From positions 1,120,001 to 1,184,000 of the forward strand of contig CAWDYW010000001.1 in the NCBI GenBank assembly GCA_963806855.1: 64,000 bases of DNA. Reading direction: 5' to 3'. This document shows, one piece after another, positions 56,225 to 64,000 of the stretch (position 1 is the stretch's first letter; each line of letters begins with the position of its first letter). This stretch comes from an uncultured Verrucomicrobiae bacterium. Its GTDB lineage: Bacteria; Chlamydiota; Chlamydiia; Chlamydiales; Rhabdochlamydiaceae. Position numbers and translations under genes: made by a program. The notes beneath the pieces were generated by a model that searched no databases, was not told where the DNA came from, and saw only the letters and a program-made list of their open reading frames with translations.

Positions 56225-56369
56225 ATAAGAATGCTTCGTCTAATTCGAGTTTATCTCGCTTTAGATAACTCAAGGTACCATTGCCTCTTATAGAGGTAGA
56301 AGATAGTAGGTCGTGTGTCATTCACAGCCTATCGTCAAATCTGGCTTGAGCAACGGAGGCATCTCTTAG
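56225..56369 (+). ncRNA. Candidate structured non-coding RNA (possibly 6S-like)
   Basis: Closing stem taagaatgcttcgt/acggaggcatctctta, inner stem ctcaag/cttgag and three hairpins; lies between convergent genes after an AT-rich tract. Strand inferred from G-U pairing. Confidence 0.45.
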
Positions 56370-56403
56370 CCTTCTCATCCCTAATCTTCGGTAGATGTAC
56401 CGA

Positions 56404-57663
56404 CTAGGACCTTGAGGAGGTTTTTTTTTGCTCGCGAATCTTTTGAAAATAATCGATCCGTTTCTTCATCTCCCGTTCAAACCCTCTCTCAACAGGTTCG
56501 TAGAAGGTGGTCCGCTCTACTTCGTCAGGGAAGTAGTTTTGACCTGAAAAGGCATGTTCTTCGTCGTGATCGTACTGATACCCTTTCCCATAGCCGAGGT
56601 TTTTCATCAGTTTGGTCGGGGCGTTGAGGATGATTTTCGGAGGATTATGCTGGGTGGTCTTGCCGGCAAGATCTCTCGCTTTGCCGTATGCGACGTAGGT
56701 GGCATTGCTTTTAGGGGCGAGGGCGAGGTAGATGACTGCTTGGGCCAAGGCGAGTTCTCCTTCGGGAGAGCCGAGTTGTTCGTAGGTTTTCCAGGCGTCT
56801 AGGGTGATTCTCAGGGCATCGGGGTCGGCGAGCCCGATGTCTTCGGAGGCGGCGCGGATGAGGCGGCGGGCGATGAATTGGGCAGATTCCCCCCCTTCGA
56901 GCATCCGGGCGAGCCAGTAGAGGGAAGCATCGGGATCGGAGCCGCGGATCGATTTGTGCAGCGCTGAGATGAGGTTATAGTGCCCTTCGTCGGCTTTGTC
57001 GTAGAGAGCGGGACGCTTTTGGACCCACTGAAGGAGTTCACTTTCGTCGATGGTTTTTCCTTCGGGTGCTTGGGCGAGGTTTTCGAGCATGTTGAAGAGG
57101 TGGCGCCCATCGCCTTGGGCCATTTGGACGAGAACTTCTTTCGCTTTATCTGTGAGGTGAGGTGAGCCGTGGCGATTCAATAAGACCTCTAGATCTTCTT
57201 CGGTCAGCGGATTGAGGACGAGGGTGCGCATGCGGGAGAGGAGGGCGTTGTTGAGGGAGAAGGAGGGGTTTTCAGTGGTGGCGCCGATTAGGGTAATGGT
57301 TCCATTTTCGACGAAGGGCAAGAGGGCGTCTTGTTGGGCTTTGTTGAAGCGGTGGATCTCGTCGATGAAAATGATGAGATGTCGTCGAAAAAGAGGGCTA
57401 TTTTGGGAGTCGAGGATGGTTTTTTTCAGCTCGGCCACACCGTGTAGGACGGCGCTAAATTGACATAAGTCGGCTTCGAACGCTTTGGCATAGAGGCGGG
57501 CAAGGGTGGTTTTGCCGCAGCCGGGCGGGCCCCAAAGCAGGATCGAGAGGGGACGTTTGCTCGCAATTGTACGGGTAATCCAACCATGCTCGGAGATTAG
57601 ATGGCCTTGCCCAACCATCTCGTCTATCGTTTTGGGTCGGAGTTTTTCTGCTAAGGGGATCAT
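56404..57663 (-). CDS. rarA: Replication-associated recombination protein A
   Basis: PLAEKLRP, WGPPGCGKTT, DEIHRFNKAQQD, GATTENPSF, SALHKSIRGSD, ASEDIGLAD, KSNA.Y. Confidence 0.97.
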   Translation of the reverse strand: MIPLAEKLRPKTIDEMVGQGHLISEHGWITRTIASKRPLSILLWGPPGCGKTTLARLYAKAFEADLCQFSAVLHGVAELKKTILDSQNSPLFRRHLIIFIDEIHRFNKAQQDALLPFVENGTITLIGATTENPSFSLNNALLSRMRTLVLNPLTEEDLEVLLNRHGSPHLTDKAKEVLVQMAQGDGRHLFNMLENLAQAPEGKTIDESELLQWVQKRPALYDKADEGHYNLISALHKSIRGSDPDASLYWLARMLEGGESAQFIARRLIRAASEDIGLADPDALRITLDAWKTYEQLGSPEGELALAQAVIYLALAPKSNATYVAYGKARDLAGKTTQHNPPKIILNAPTKLMKNLGYGKGYQYDHDEEHAFSGQNYFPDEVERTTFYEPVERGFEREMKKRIDYFQKIREQKKTSSRS

Positions 57664-57672
57664 AGATTGGCA

Positions 57673-59559
57673 TTATAACACCTTAATAGATTTAAATTCC
57701 TGGGTGGCAATCCGGACTCCGCGCGCTTGGGCCCCTTTGACAAGAACTTCTTTGAGGGGATAGACGATTTTACTTAACTTTTGACCTTTTTTCGGAGCAA
57801 ATTGGATCTCAAGCTCTGGCTCGACGGCAGAGGAGATATATTCGAGGTTGCCCTCTTCGTCGATGTAGCGGTAGGCTTTGTCGAGGATGAATTTCTCGAC
57901 GATGAAACGTTTAGCGAAGGCTTGCTTGGTTTCGGTGTTTTTATAGATGACGTTGATGACGGTTGTCTTATCGGCCACTCCCACCCAAACGGCCCCTTCG
58001 ACATACTGCTTTTCTGGGATGTTGATCACTTTATAGGTGCCGTCTTTAAAGAAGACTAGGAGTTTATCAAAATTGGTGCAGCTAAATTGGGTCTCGCCTG
58101 AGATTTTGGTGCCGACGAAGCCGCTCTGGGGATCGTATCCCACTTTGATTTGCTTAGTTTCAATCGCCCGCCGGTCGATCTCTTCGATCGCTTTGATCCG
58201 GGTGCGGCGGGGGAACTCTTTCCCATATTTTTCGATCAGTTTCTTGAGGTAGTTGATCGTGAATTTTTTGACGTTCTTCAGGTGCTTTTCCACCTCAGCT
58301 AACGCCTCTTCGAGCTGCACGATCTCTTCCTTGTTCTTGTCGATGTCGAAGCGGGAAATGCGGCGGATGGGGATTTGGAGCAGCTTCTCTCGGTCGTCAT
58401 GGGTGGGGCTGCGGAGCAGCTCTTTGCGGTAGGGCTTGAAGGAGGTGTCGAGGGTGGTGTGGATCGCCTCAAGGGTTTTGACGGTCTCTATCTTTTTGTA
58501 GATCTTGTCTTCGATGAAGATCCGCTCCAGGGTGCGGTAGAAGATCTTGTCGAGGATTCGCTCTTTTTCGATTTGGAGCTCTCGCTTTAAAAATTCGACC
58601 AGCTTTTCGGTATTGAAACGGAGGATTTCGTCGACATCGGTCTCCCAAGGGTGCCCTTCTTTGATGACGATCACTTGAGAATGGACCGTCACTTCACACG
58701 AGGTGAAGCCGTAGAGGGCGTCGAGCATTTCTTCGGCATATTGCCCGCGCGGGAGTTTGATTTCGATTTCAACCTCTTTGGAGGTGTAGTCGTCGATCGA
58801 CTCGATTTTGATTTTTCCTTTTTTTGCCGCTTCGTCGATTGAACGGATGAGGCTCTCGGTGGTGGTGCCATAGCAGATGTCGCGGATGACGAGGGTTTTG
58901 GGGTCTTTGATCTCGATTTTGGCGCGCAGCTTGATTTTGCCACGCCCTTTGTCATATTCGCTTTTGTCCATGATCCCGCCGGTCGGGAAGTCAGGATAGA
59001 TTTTGAAGTCGCGCCCTTCGAGGTAGGCGATTTGCGCTTCGAGCAGTTCGGTGAAGTTGTGAGGGAGGACATGAGTTGCCATCCCTACGGCGATCCCGTC
59101 GGCTCCTTGCATGAGCAGGAGGGGGATTTTCGCCGGGAGGCTAACCGGTTCGAGGTTCCGCCCATCGTAAGAGGGGATTGTCTCGGTGATGTCGGGGTTG
59201 AACATGGTCTCGCGGGCTAGCTGCGAGAGGCGGGTTTCAATATAGCGGGCTGCTGCAGAAGGGTCGCCGGTGAAAAGGTTACCGAAATTCCCTTGCCGAT
59301 CAAGCAGAAAACCTTTGCTCGCGAGGTTGACGAGGGCTTCGTAGATCGCTGCATCGCCGTGGGGGTGGAGCATCATGGTCTGTCCGACCATGTTGGCCAC
59401 TTTGTGGAGTTTATCGTCGTTTTGTTTGAATAGCGTTTCGAGGATCCGTCTTTGGACCGGTTTCAATCCATCAACCACGTTGGGAATCGCCCTGTCAAGG
59501 ATGACGTAGGAGGCGTATTGAAGGAAATGATCCTTCATCTGATCTCTTAGATCATCCAT
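57673..59559 (-). CDS. parC: DNA topoisomerase IV / second gyrase subunit A
   Basis: RAIP...DGLKPVQRR, HPHGD, AAARYIE, GIAVGMAT, PDFPTGG; short C-terminal domain. Confidence 0.9.
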   Translation of the reverse strand: MDDLRDQMKDHFLQYASYVILDRAIPNVVDGLKPVQRRILETLFKQNDDKLHKVANMVGQTMMLHPHGDAAIYEALVNLASKGFLLDRQGNFGNLFTGDPSAAARYIETRLSQLARETMFNPDITETIPSYDGRNLEPVSLPAKIPLLLMQGADGIAVGMATHVLPHNFTELLEAQIAYLEGRDFKIYPDFPTGGIMDKSEYDKGRGKIKLRAKIEIKDPKTLVIRDICYGTTTESLIRSIDEAAKKGKIKIESIDDYTSKEVEIEIKLPRGQYAEEMLDALYGFTSCEVTVHSQVIVIKEGHPWETDVDEILRFNTEKLVEFLKRELQIEKERILDKIFYRTLERIFIEDKIYKKIETVKTLEAIHTTLDTSFKPYRKELLRSPTHDDREKLLQIPIRRISRFDIDKNKEEIVQLEEALAEVEKHLKNVKKFTINYLKKLIEKYGKEFPRRTRIKAIEEIDRRAIETKQIKVGYDPQSGFVGTKISGETQFSCTNFDKLLVFFKDGTYKVINIPEKQYVEGAVWVGVADKTTVINVIYKNTETKQAFAKRFIVEKFILDKAYRYIDEEGNLEYISSAVEPELEIQFAPKKGQKLSKIVYPLKEVLVKGAQARGVRIATQEFKSIKVL

Positions 59560-61361
59560 TCATCACCTATCAAATTGGTCATAATAAACTCTTTCCGCTC
59601 GGGGGTGTTTTTCCCCATGTAAAACTCGAGTGTTGGTTTGATGTCGGAGAGATTTACGATCGTCACCGGAAGCAGCCGCATCTCTTTGCCGATAAATTGT
59701 CCGAATTCATCGGGGGAGATTTCGCCAAGACCCTTAAAGCGGGTGATCTCAATTCCCTTTTTTAAAGCTTTGACCGCTTGGTCTTTTTCCTCGATGGAGT
59801 AGCAGTAGATCGTCTTCTCTTTGTTGCGCACTTTGAACAGCGGCGACTGGAGCATATAGAGGTGGCCATTCAGGACAAGTCCCTCAAAGTAGGTGAGGAA
59901 GAAAGTGACCAGCAGGTTGCGGATGTGCATGCCGTCGACGTCGGCATCGGTGGCGAGGATTACCTTGCTATAGCGCAAATTGGCCAGATCGTCCTCGATA
60001 TTGAGGGCCGACATCAGGTTGAACATCTCCTCATTTTTATAGAGCTGGTCGAGCTTCATCCCATGGACGTTGATCGGCTTACCCCTCAATGAGAAGACCG
60101 CCTGCGAGAGGGGATCGCGAGTCATGACAATGGAGGCCGATGCCGATTCTCCCTCGGTAAGGAAAATCATCGATCGCTCGCCCTCTTTAGTCCCATCGCC
60201 AAAGTGGTATTTGGAGTCGCGCAATTTCGGAATTTTAAACGAGATCTTCTTCTGCTTATCCTTCGCCTCTTTTTTGACCGCAGCTAGCTCTTTTCGTAGC
60301 TTTTCATTGAAGAGGATCCTCTCGAGGATCATCTTGCCCGTCTCGGGGAATTTGTAGAGCAGATTTTGGACTGCCTCTTTCACCTCTTGGACGATCGGCC
60401 CGCGGATTTCATTGTTAGAGAGCTTGTTTTTCGTCTGCGATTCAAAAACGGGGTCCTTCACTTTCACCAGGATGGCCCCGACGATCCCTTCCCGGACGTC
60501 GACACCCTGGAAGTTCTTTTTGGCAAATTCGTTTACCCCTTTCAAAATCCCTTCGCGGTAAGCCGAAAGGTGGGTCCCCCCATCTTGGGTATATTGCCCG
60601 TTGACGAAAGAGAAGTAGGTTTCACCATAGCTAGAGGAATGGAGAAAAGCAAATTCGAGCGTCTTCCCTCTATAATGGAGCGGCTCATAGAGGCGGTCAT
60701 TTTTCACCTCGTCATTGAGCAGATCGAGGAGCCCATTCTCAGAGCGGATCGTCTCCCCATTGAAGATCAAGGTGAGACCCGTATTGAGATAGGCGTAGTG
60801 CCAGAGTCGTTTGACGATCAGATCCTTTTGGAACTTGAACTTCTTAAAAATCTCAGTGTCCGGGATAAATTCAACATAGGTCCCATCGGGTTCTTTCGTC
60901 TTGCCCTTCTTCTGTTCTTTTAGAATTCCACGAGAAAAATGGGCCTCGACGAACTGCCCCTCGCGACAGCTTCTCACCACAAAAAGAGAGGAAAGGGCAT
61001 TGACCGCCTTCGTTCCTACCCCGTTGAGGCCGACCGAAAATTGGAACACCTCATCATTATATTTAGCCCCAGTATTGATCTGGCTGACGCAGTCGATCAC
61101 CTTGCCAAGGGGAATGCCCCGCCCATAATCTCTTACAGAAATCTTCGAGTTCTTTTCATCGAGCTTCACCTCGATTTCCGTCCCGTGGTGCATGATGAAC
61201 TCATCGACCGAGTTATCGACCACCTCTTTCATCATCACATAGATCCCATCGTCGGAATGCGACCCATCGCCAAGACGGCCGATATACATCCCAGACCTCA
61301 GACGGATGTGGGAGAGGGCGTCTAGCGTTTTGACGGTGGCTTCATCATATTTTTTTGCCAT
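59547..61361 (-). CDS. parE: DNA topoisomerase IV / second gyrase subunit B
   Basis: EVVDNSVDE, DYGRGIP, GLNGVG, TEGESA, LRGK, TDADVDGMHI, RFKGLGE. Confidence 0.9.
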   Translation of the reverse strand: MAKKYDEATVKTLDALSHIRLRSGMYIGRLGDGSHSDDGIYVMMKEVVDNSVDEFIMHHGTEIEVKLDEKNSKISVRDYGRGIPLGKVIDCVSQINTGAKYNDEVFQFSVGLNGVGTKAVNALSSLFVVRSCREGQFVEAHFSRGILKEQKKGKTKEPDGTYVEFIPDTEIFKKFKFQKDLIVKRLWHYAYLNTGLTLIFNGETIRSENGLLDLLNDEVKNDRLYEPLHYRGKTLEFAFLHSSSYGETYFSFVNGQYTQDGGTHLSAYREGILKGVNEFAKKNFQGVDVREGIVGAILVKVKDPVFESQTKNKLSNNEIRGPIVQEVKEAVQNLLYKFPETGKMILERILFNEKLRKELAAVKKEAKDKQKKISFKIPKLRDSKYHFGDGTKEGERSMIFLTEGESASASIVMTRDPLSQAVFSLRGKPINVHGMKLDQLYKNEEMFNLMSALNIEDDLANLRYSKVILATDADVDGMHIRNLLVTFFLTYFEGLVLNGHLYMLQSPLFKVRNKEKTIYCYSIEEKDQAVKALKKGIEITRFKGLGEISPDEFGQFIGKEMRLLPVTIVNLSDIKPTLEFYMGKNTPERKEFIMTNLIGDEWMI

Positions 61362-62763
61362 TTTCTAGCGTCCAATGGGGTTTACGGAATTTGTGAATGA
61401 TCAAGGGGATAATTGACATCCCAATCATACTGAGAACCAGATAAAATTCATAGCGTACTAAATTGCCGACATTGAGTTGCGAGGGGGGATAGAAGCCAAG
61501 CAAAATGACAAAGACGCAGGACAAGATCCCAAGAGTTGACAAAATCCAAATCCCTTTTGCCTTATAGGGCACCTTGTAGGCTCTTGGAACATTGGGCTTC
61601 GTATATCTTAGTCGGATTGCCGCGATGAACATCAGAATATACATCAATAAATAAGTCTGCGCGCTCATGACACTTAAGATCCAGAACGAAGCGCTGATCG
61701 TCGGCAATTGCAAAATAATGAGCGAAGTGATCGTCACAATGATCCCTTGTAGCCAAAGGAGATTCATCGGGACCCCATGCTTATTGAGCTTGTGAAAAAT
61801 CGGGGGGAGGTTGCCATGGGTCGTCGTCGCATAGAGTCCACGAACAGGCCCCACAATCCAAGCGTTGACCTCAGCGACCGCCCCGATCACCAATAAAAAG
61901 GCGACCACAGGTAGGATCCAACTAAGATGATAATGCCCGAAGAATAGCGAAAACGCCTCCATCAGGCCCGATGCCAGGCTGATGTCACCCTTAGGCAAGA
62001 CAAAAGCGATCGCCAGGGCGCCGAGTAAAAAGACCGAAAAAGTGATCACTGCGGCCAAAATGATCGCCCGGGGGTAATTCTTCTGTGGATTTTGCACCTC
62101 GGCGGCGTGAACTGAAGAGACCTCGAGACCGGTAAATGCGAGGAATAGCCCAGCCAAAAAGACAAAATTCCCCAAATCATTAAAGTCGGGCAGAACCGCA
62201 GAAAACGAAATAGGAGTGTTAATCGGATTCCCGCCAAATACCCAAGCCAGTCCCAAGGAAATAACCAAAACCCCTGGCAAAATCGTCCCGACAATGACGC
62301 CGATCGTGCTGAACCAGCTCGACGTTTTGACACCCAGGGCATTGAAAATCGTCATCCCCCAAAAGCTGACCAAAATAACCGATAGGACAAAGACCTTGTG
62401 TTGGGCCAGCGCCGGATTAAAGGCATAAGCTAAAGTGGTTGCAACAAAAGAGAGGATCACCGGATACCAAGCGACATTGTGAACCCACTGCATCCAAATG
62501 GCGAAGAAGCCCCACCGATCTCCCAGCGCCTCGCGAACCCAAACATAGACCCCGCCCCCTTTCGACCATCCAGTGGCAAGCTCAGCCGAAACCAGAGCGC
62601 TGGGGATCAAGAAGCCTAGGGCGACGATTCCGAAAAAGAAGAGCGAGCTCAATCCATAAGAGGCGACGAGGGGCAAGTTGCGCAAGCTAGCCATGATGGC
62701 CACATTGAGCATAGCCAGTATGAATACATTAAGTACGCGTCGTTTTTTTCTTGGTTCAGCCAT
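61345..62763 (-). CDS. APC-superfamily amino acid permease/antiporter (GadC-like)
   Basis: SAELATGW..GGVYVWVREALG, GLE, NP.KNYP; paralog of 2701..4071. Confidence 0.9.
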   Translation of the reverse strand: MAEPRKKRRVLNVFILAMLNVAIMASLRNLPLVASYGLSSLFFFGIVALGFLIPSALVSAELATGWSKGGGVYVWVREALGDRWGFFAIWMQWVHNVAWYPVILSFVATTLAYAFNPALAQHKVFVLSVILVSFWGMTIFNALGVKTSSWFSTIGVIVGTILPGVLVISLGLAWVFGGNPINTPISFSAVLPDFNDLGNFVFLAGLFLAFTGLEVSSVHAAEVQNPQKNYPRAIILAAVITFSVFLLGALAIAFVLPKGDISLASGLMEAFSLFFGHYHLSWILPVVAFLLVIGAVAEVNAWIVGPVRGLYATTTHGNLPPIFHKLNKHGVPMNLLWLQGIIVTITSLIILQLPTISASFWILSVMSAQTYLLMYILMFIAAIRLRYTKPNVPRAYKVPYKAKGIWILSTLGILSCVFVILLGFYPPSQLNVGNLVRYEFYLVLSMIGMSIIPLIIHKFRKPHWTLENGKKI

Positions 62764-62957
62764 ATAGACCTCCTTTTAATAGAAGAGATATTTGTTAGCA
62801 ATTAATTAGGTCGGCGCAAGTAGAATTTGCTATAATTTTTTGATTTTCAGGTAGTTAAATTATCCGACAACGATCGAAGACAAAAAAGACAAAAACGAGG
62901 GTGAAAAAAGTTCGTTTGCAGTATAATTGATATAGTTAATAAAAAAAGAGGTTTATA

Positions 62958-63839
62958 ATGTTACCAGTTTCAACACCAATTACAACCGAGCGAGGGGAGA
63001 ATCGGGAGGCTAGGGAGGAAAAATTGCGTCGTGATTTACTTTCTGTACCTGAAGCCTCTTGTGATGGTATCGGCTCTGAGCAGACATATCTAAACCGATA
63101 TCCGAACATCTATGCAGCTGAAATAACACGCGTACGCCTCACGCCGCCGCCGTCGACAGAGGAGTGGAAGGAGGAGTGGGAGGAACTGAATCCGGAGTGT
63201 TATATTAATGCAAACCATTGCCTTAAAGGCACAGTCATCCTAACTCAGGGCCCTTTGGCTGACAGGGAAAAAGATTATGAATGGCATCACCGCGATTTTT
63301 ACAACATGATCTGGGAGAATGGTTCTGACGCGGTTGTCATGCTGACCAACTATGTTGAAAGTGGAGACGAAAAATGCAGCATGTATTTACCCTCTAACGG
63401 ACCAAAAATAGCTGGGGAATATACCATTACTGCTGAGAAGGTTGAGGAGGGGGTCGGCACTATCCTCACCAAAGTCACGATCACAAATGGACAAGAAAGC
63501 AGAACTTTCATCCACTACCATTATATCAATTGGGCCGACCATCAAGCCGCATCAGTCTACGCCATCGCACAATTAGTTAGAACGCTATTGAATCGTGATC
63601 ATACTAACCCTGTTATCCATTGCAGTGCGGGAGTCGGCCGATCGGGAACTTTAGCCGCAGTCATGGGCGCGTATCGCCGAGTTCAAGAAAATCCCAAATG
63701 TGATGGCGACGAAGCACTCAAGGAGGCCCTCATGTCTTTGCGCCAAGAAAGGCTGCAATGCGTTCACAACTTTGATCAATACATAATGGCTCGTGATGTT
63801 CTTCAGTGTCTTTTAGATGAGGATACGGGCGGGGTATAA
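62958..63839 (+). CDS. Classical (eukaryote/YopH-type) protein tyrosine phosphatase
   Basis: NRY, YINAN, TQGPL, DFY.MIWE, VVMLT, WADH, HCSAGVGRSG, R..R, QY motifs. Confidence 0.92.
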   Translation: MLPVSTPITTERGENREAREEKLRRDLLSVPEASCDGIGSEQTYLNRYPNIYAAEITRVRLTPPPSTEEWKEEWEELNPECYINANHCLKGTVILTQGPLADREKDYEWHHRDFYNMIWENGSDAVVMLTNYVESGDEKCSMYLPSNGPKIAGEYTITAEKVEEGVGTILTKVTITNGQESRTFIHYHYINWADHQAASVYAIAQLVRTLLNRDHTNPVIHCSAGVGRSGTLAAVMGAYRRVQENPKCDGDEALKEALMSLRQERLQCVHNFDQYIMARDVLQCLLDEDTGGV

Positions 63840-63904
63840 CTCACCCCTTGATTAATTTTTTATGGCCTGATAGATTTGACTTCTTTATTGTTGAAGGGAA
63901 GCAG

Positions 63905-64000
63905 ATGAAAACGTTGGTGATGCTGGTGGCATTGTTGTGCTGCCTAAATGTACAAGGAGTAGCAGATATGAAATTTTCTGAGCCAAAAACGGCCATGCAG
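63905..64000 (+). CDS. 5' fragment of an exported protein (runs off the window)
   Basis: MKTLVMLVALLCCLNVQGVA signal-peptide-like start, open to the window end. Confidence 0.55.
   Translation, partial: MKTLVMLVALLCCLNVQGVADMKFSEPKTAMQ

Overview
The window is a chromosomal segment of an environmental chlamydia (Chlamydiota; inferred from chlamydia-typical gene order: HEAT protein-lptD, two small basic proteins-ybeY-CBS/CorC-DUF3604, rpmG-lolE-lolD, pyrG-yqgF-zwf-pgl and a second gyrase/topo IV pair). GC-richer housekeeping blocks alternate with AT-rich islands of probable host-directed proteins. These islands include tandem F-box(-LRR) paralogs, Inc-like membrane proteins, a four-gene amphipathic-helix cluster, an apolipoprotein-like repeat protein and a classical tyrosine phosphatase. 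The most striking structures are: (1) a four-paralog membrane-protein array built from promoter-gene-terminator cassettes, one member carrying 12 x 22-aa repeats packed with N-x-S/T sequons; (2) a single gene flanked by a direct duplication of the HEAT gene 3' end; (3) an unannotated structured-RNA candidate between convergent akr and rarA; (4) at least three kinds of intergenic palindromic element, one supplying the end of pyrG. A cluster of 1-bp frameshifts (opcA, zwf, yqgF; also lolE) looks more like sequence error than gene decay. No CRISPR array, tRNA, rRNA, transposase or integrase was seen. All calls come from reading the sequence; no database searches were run.
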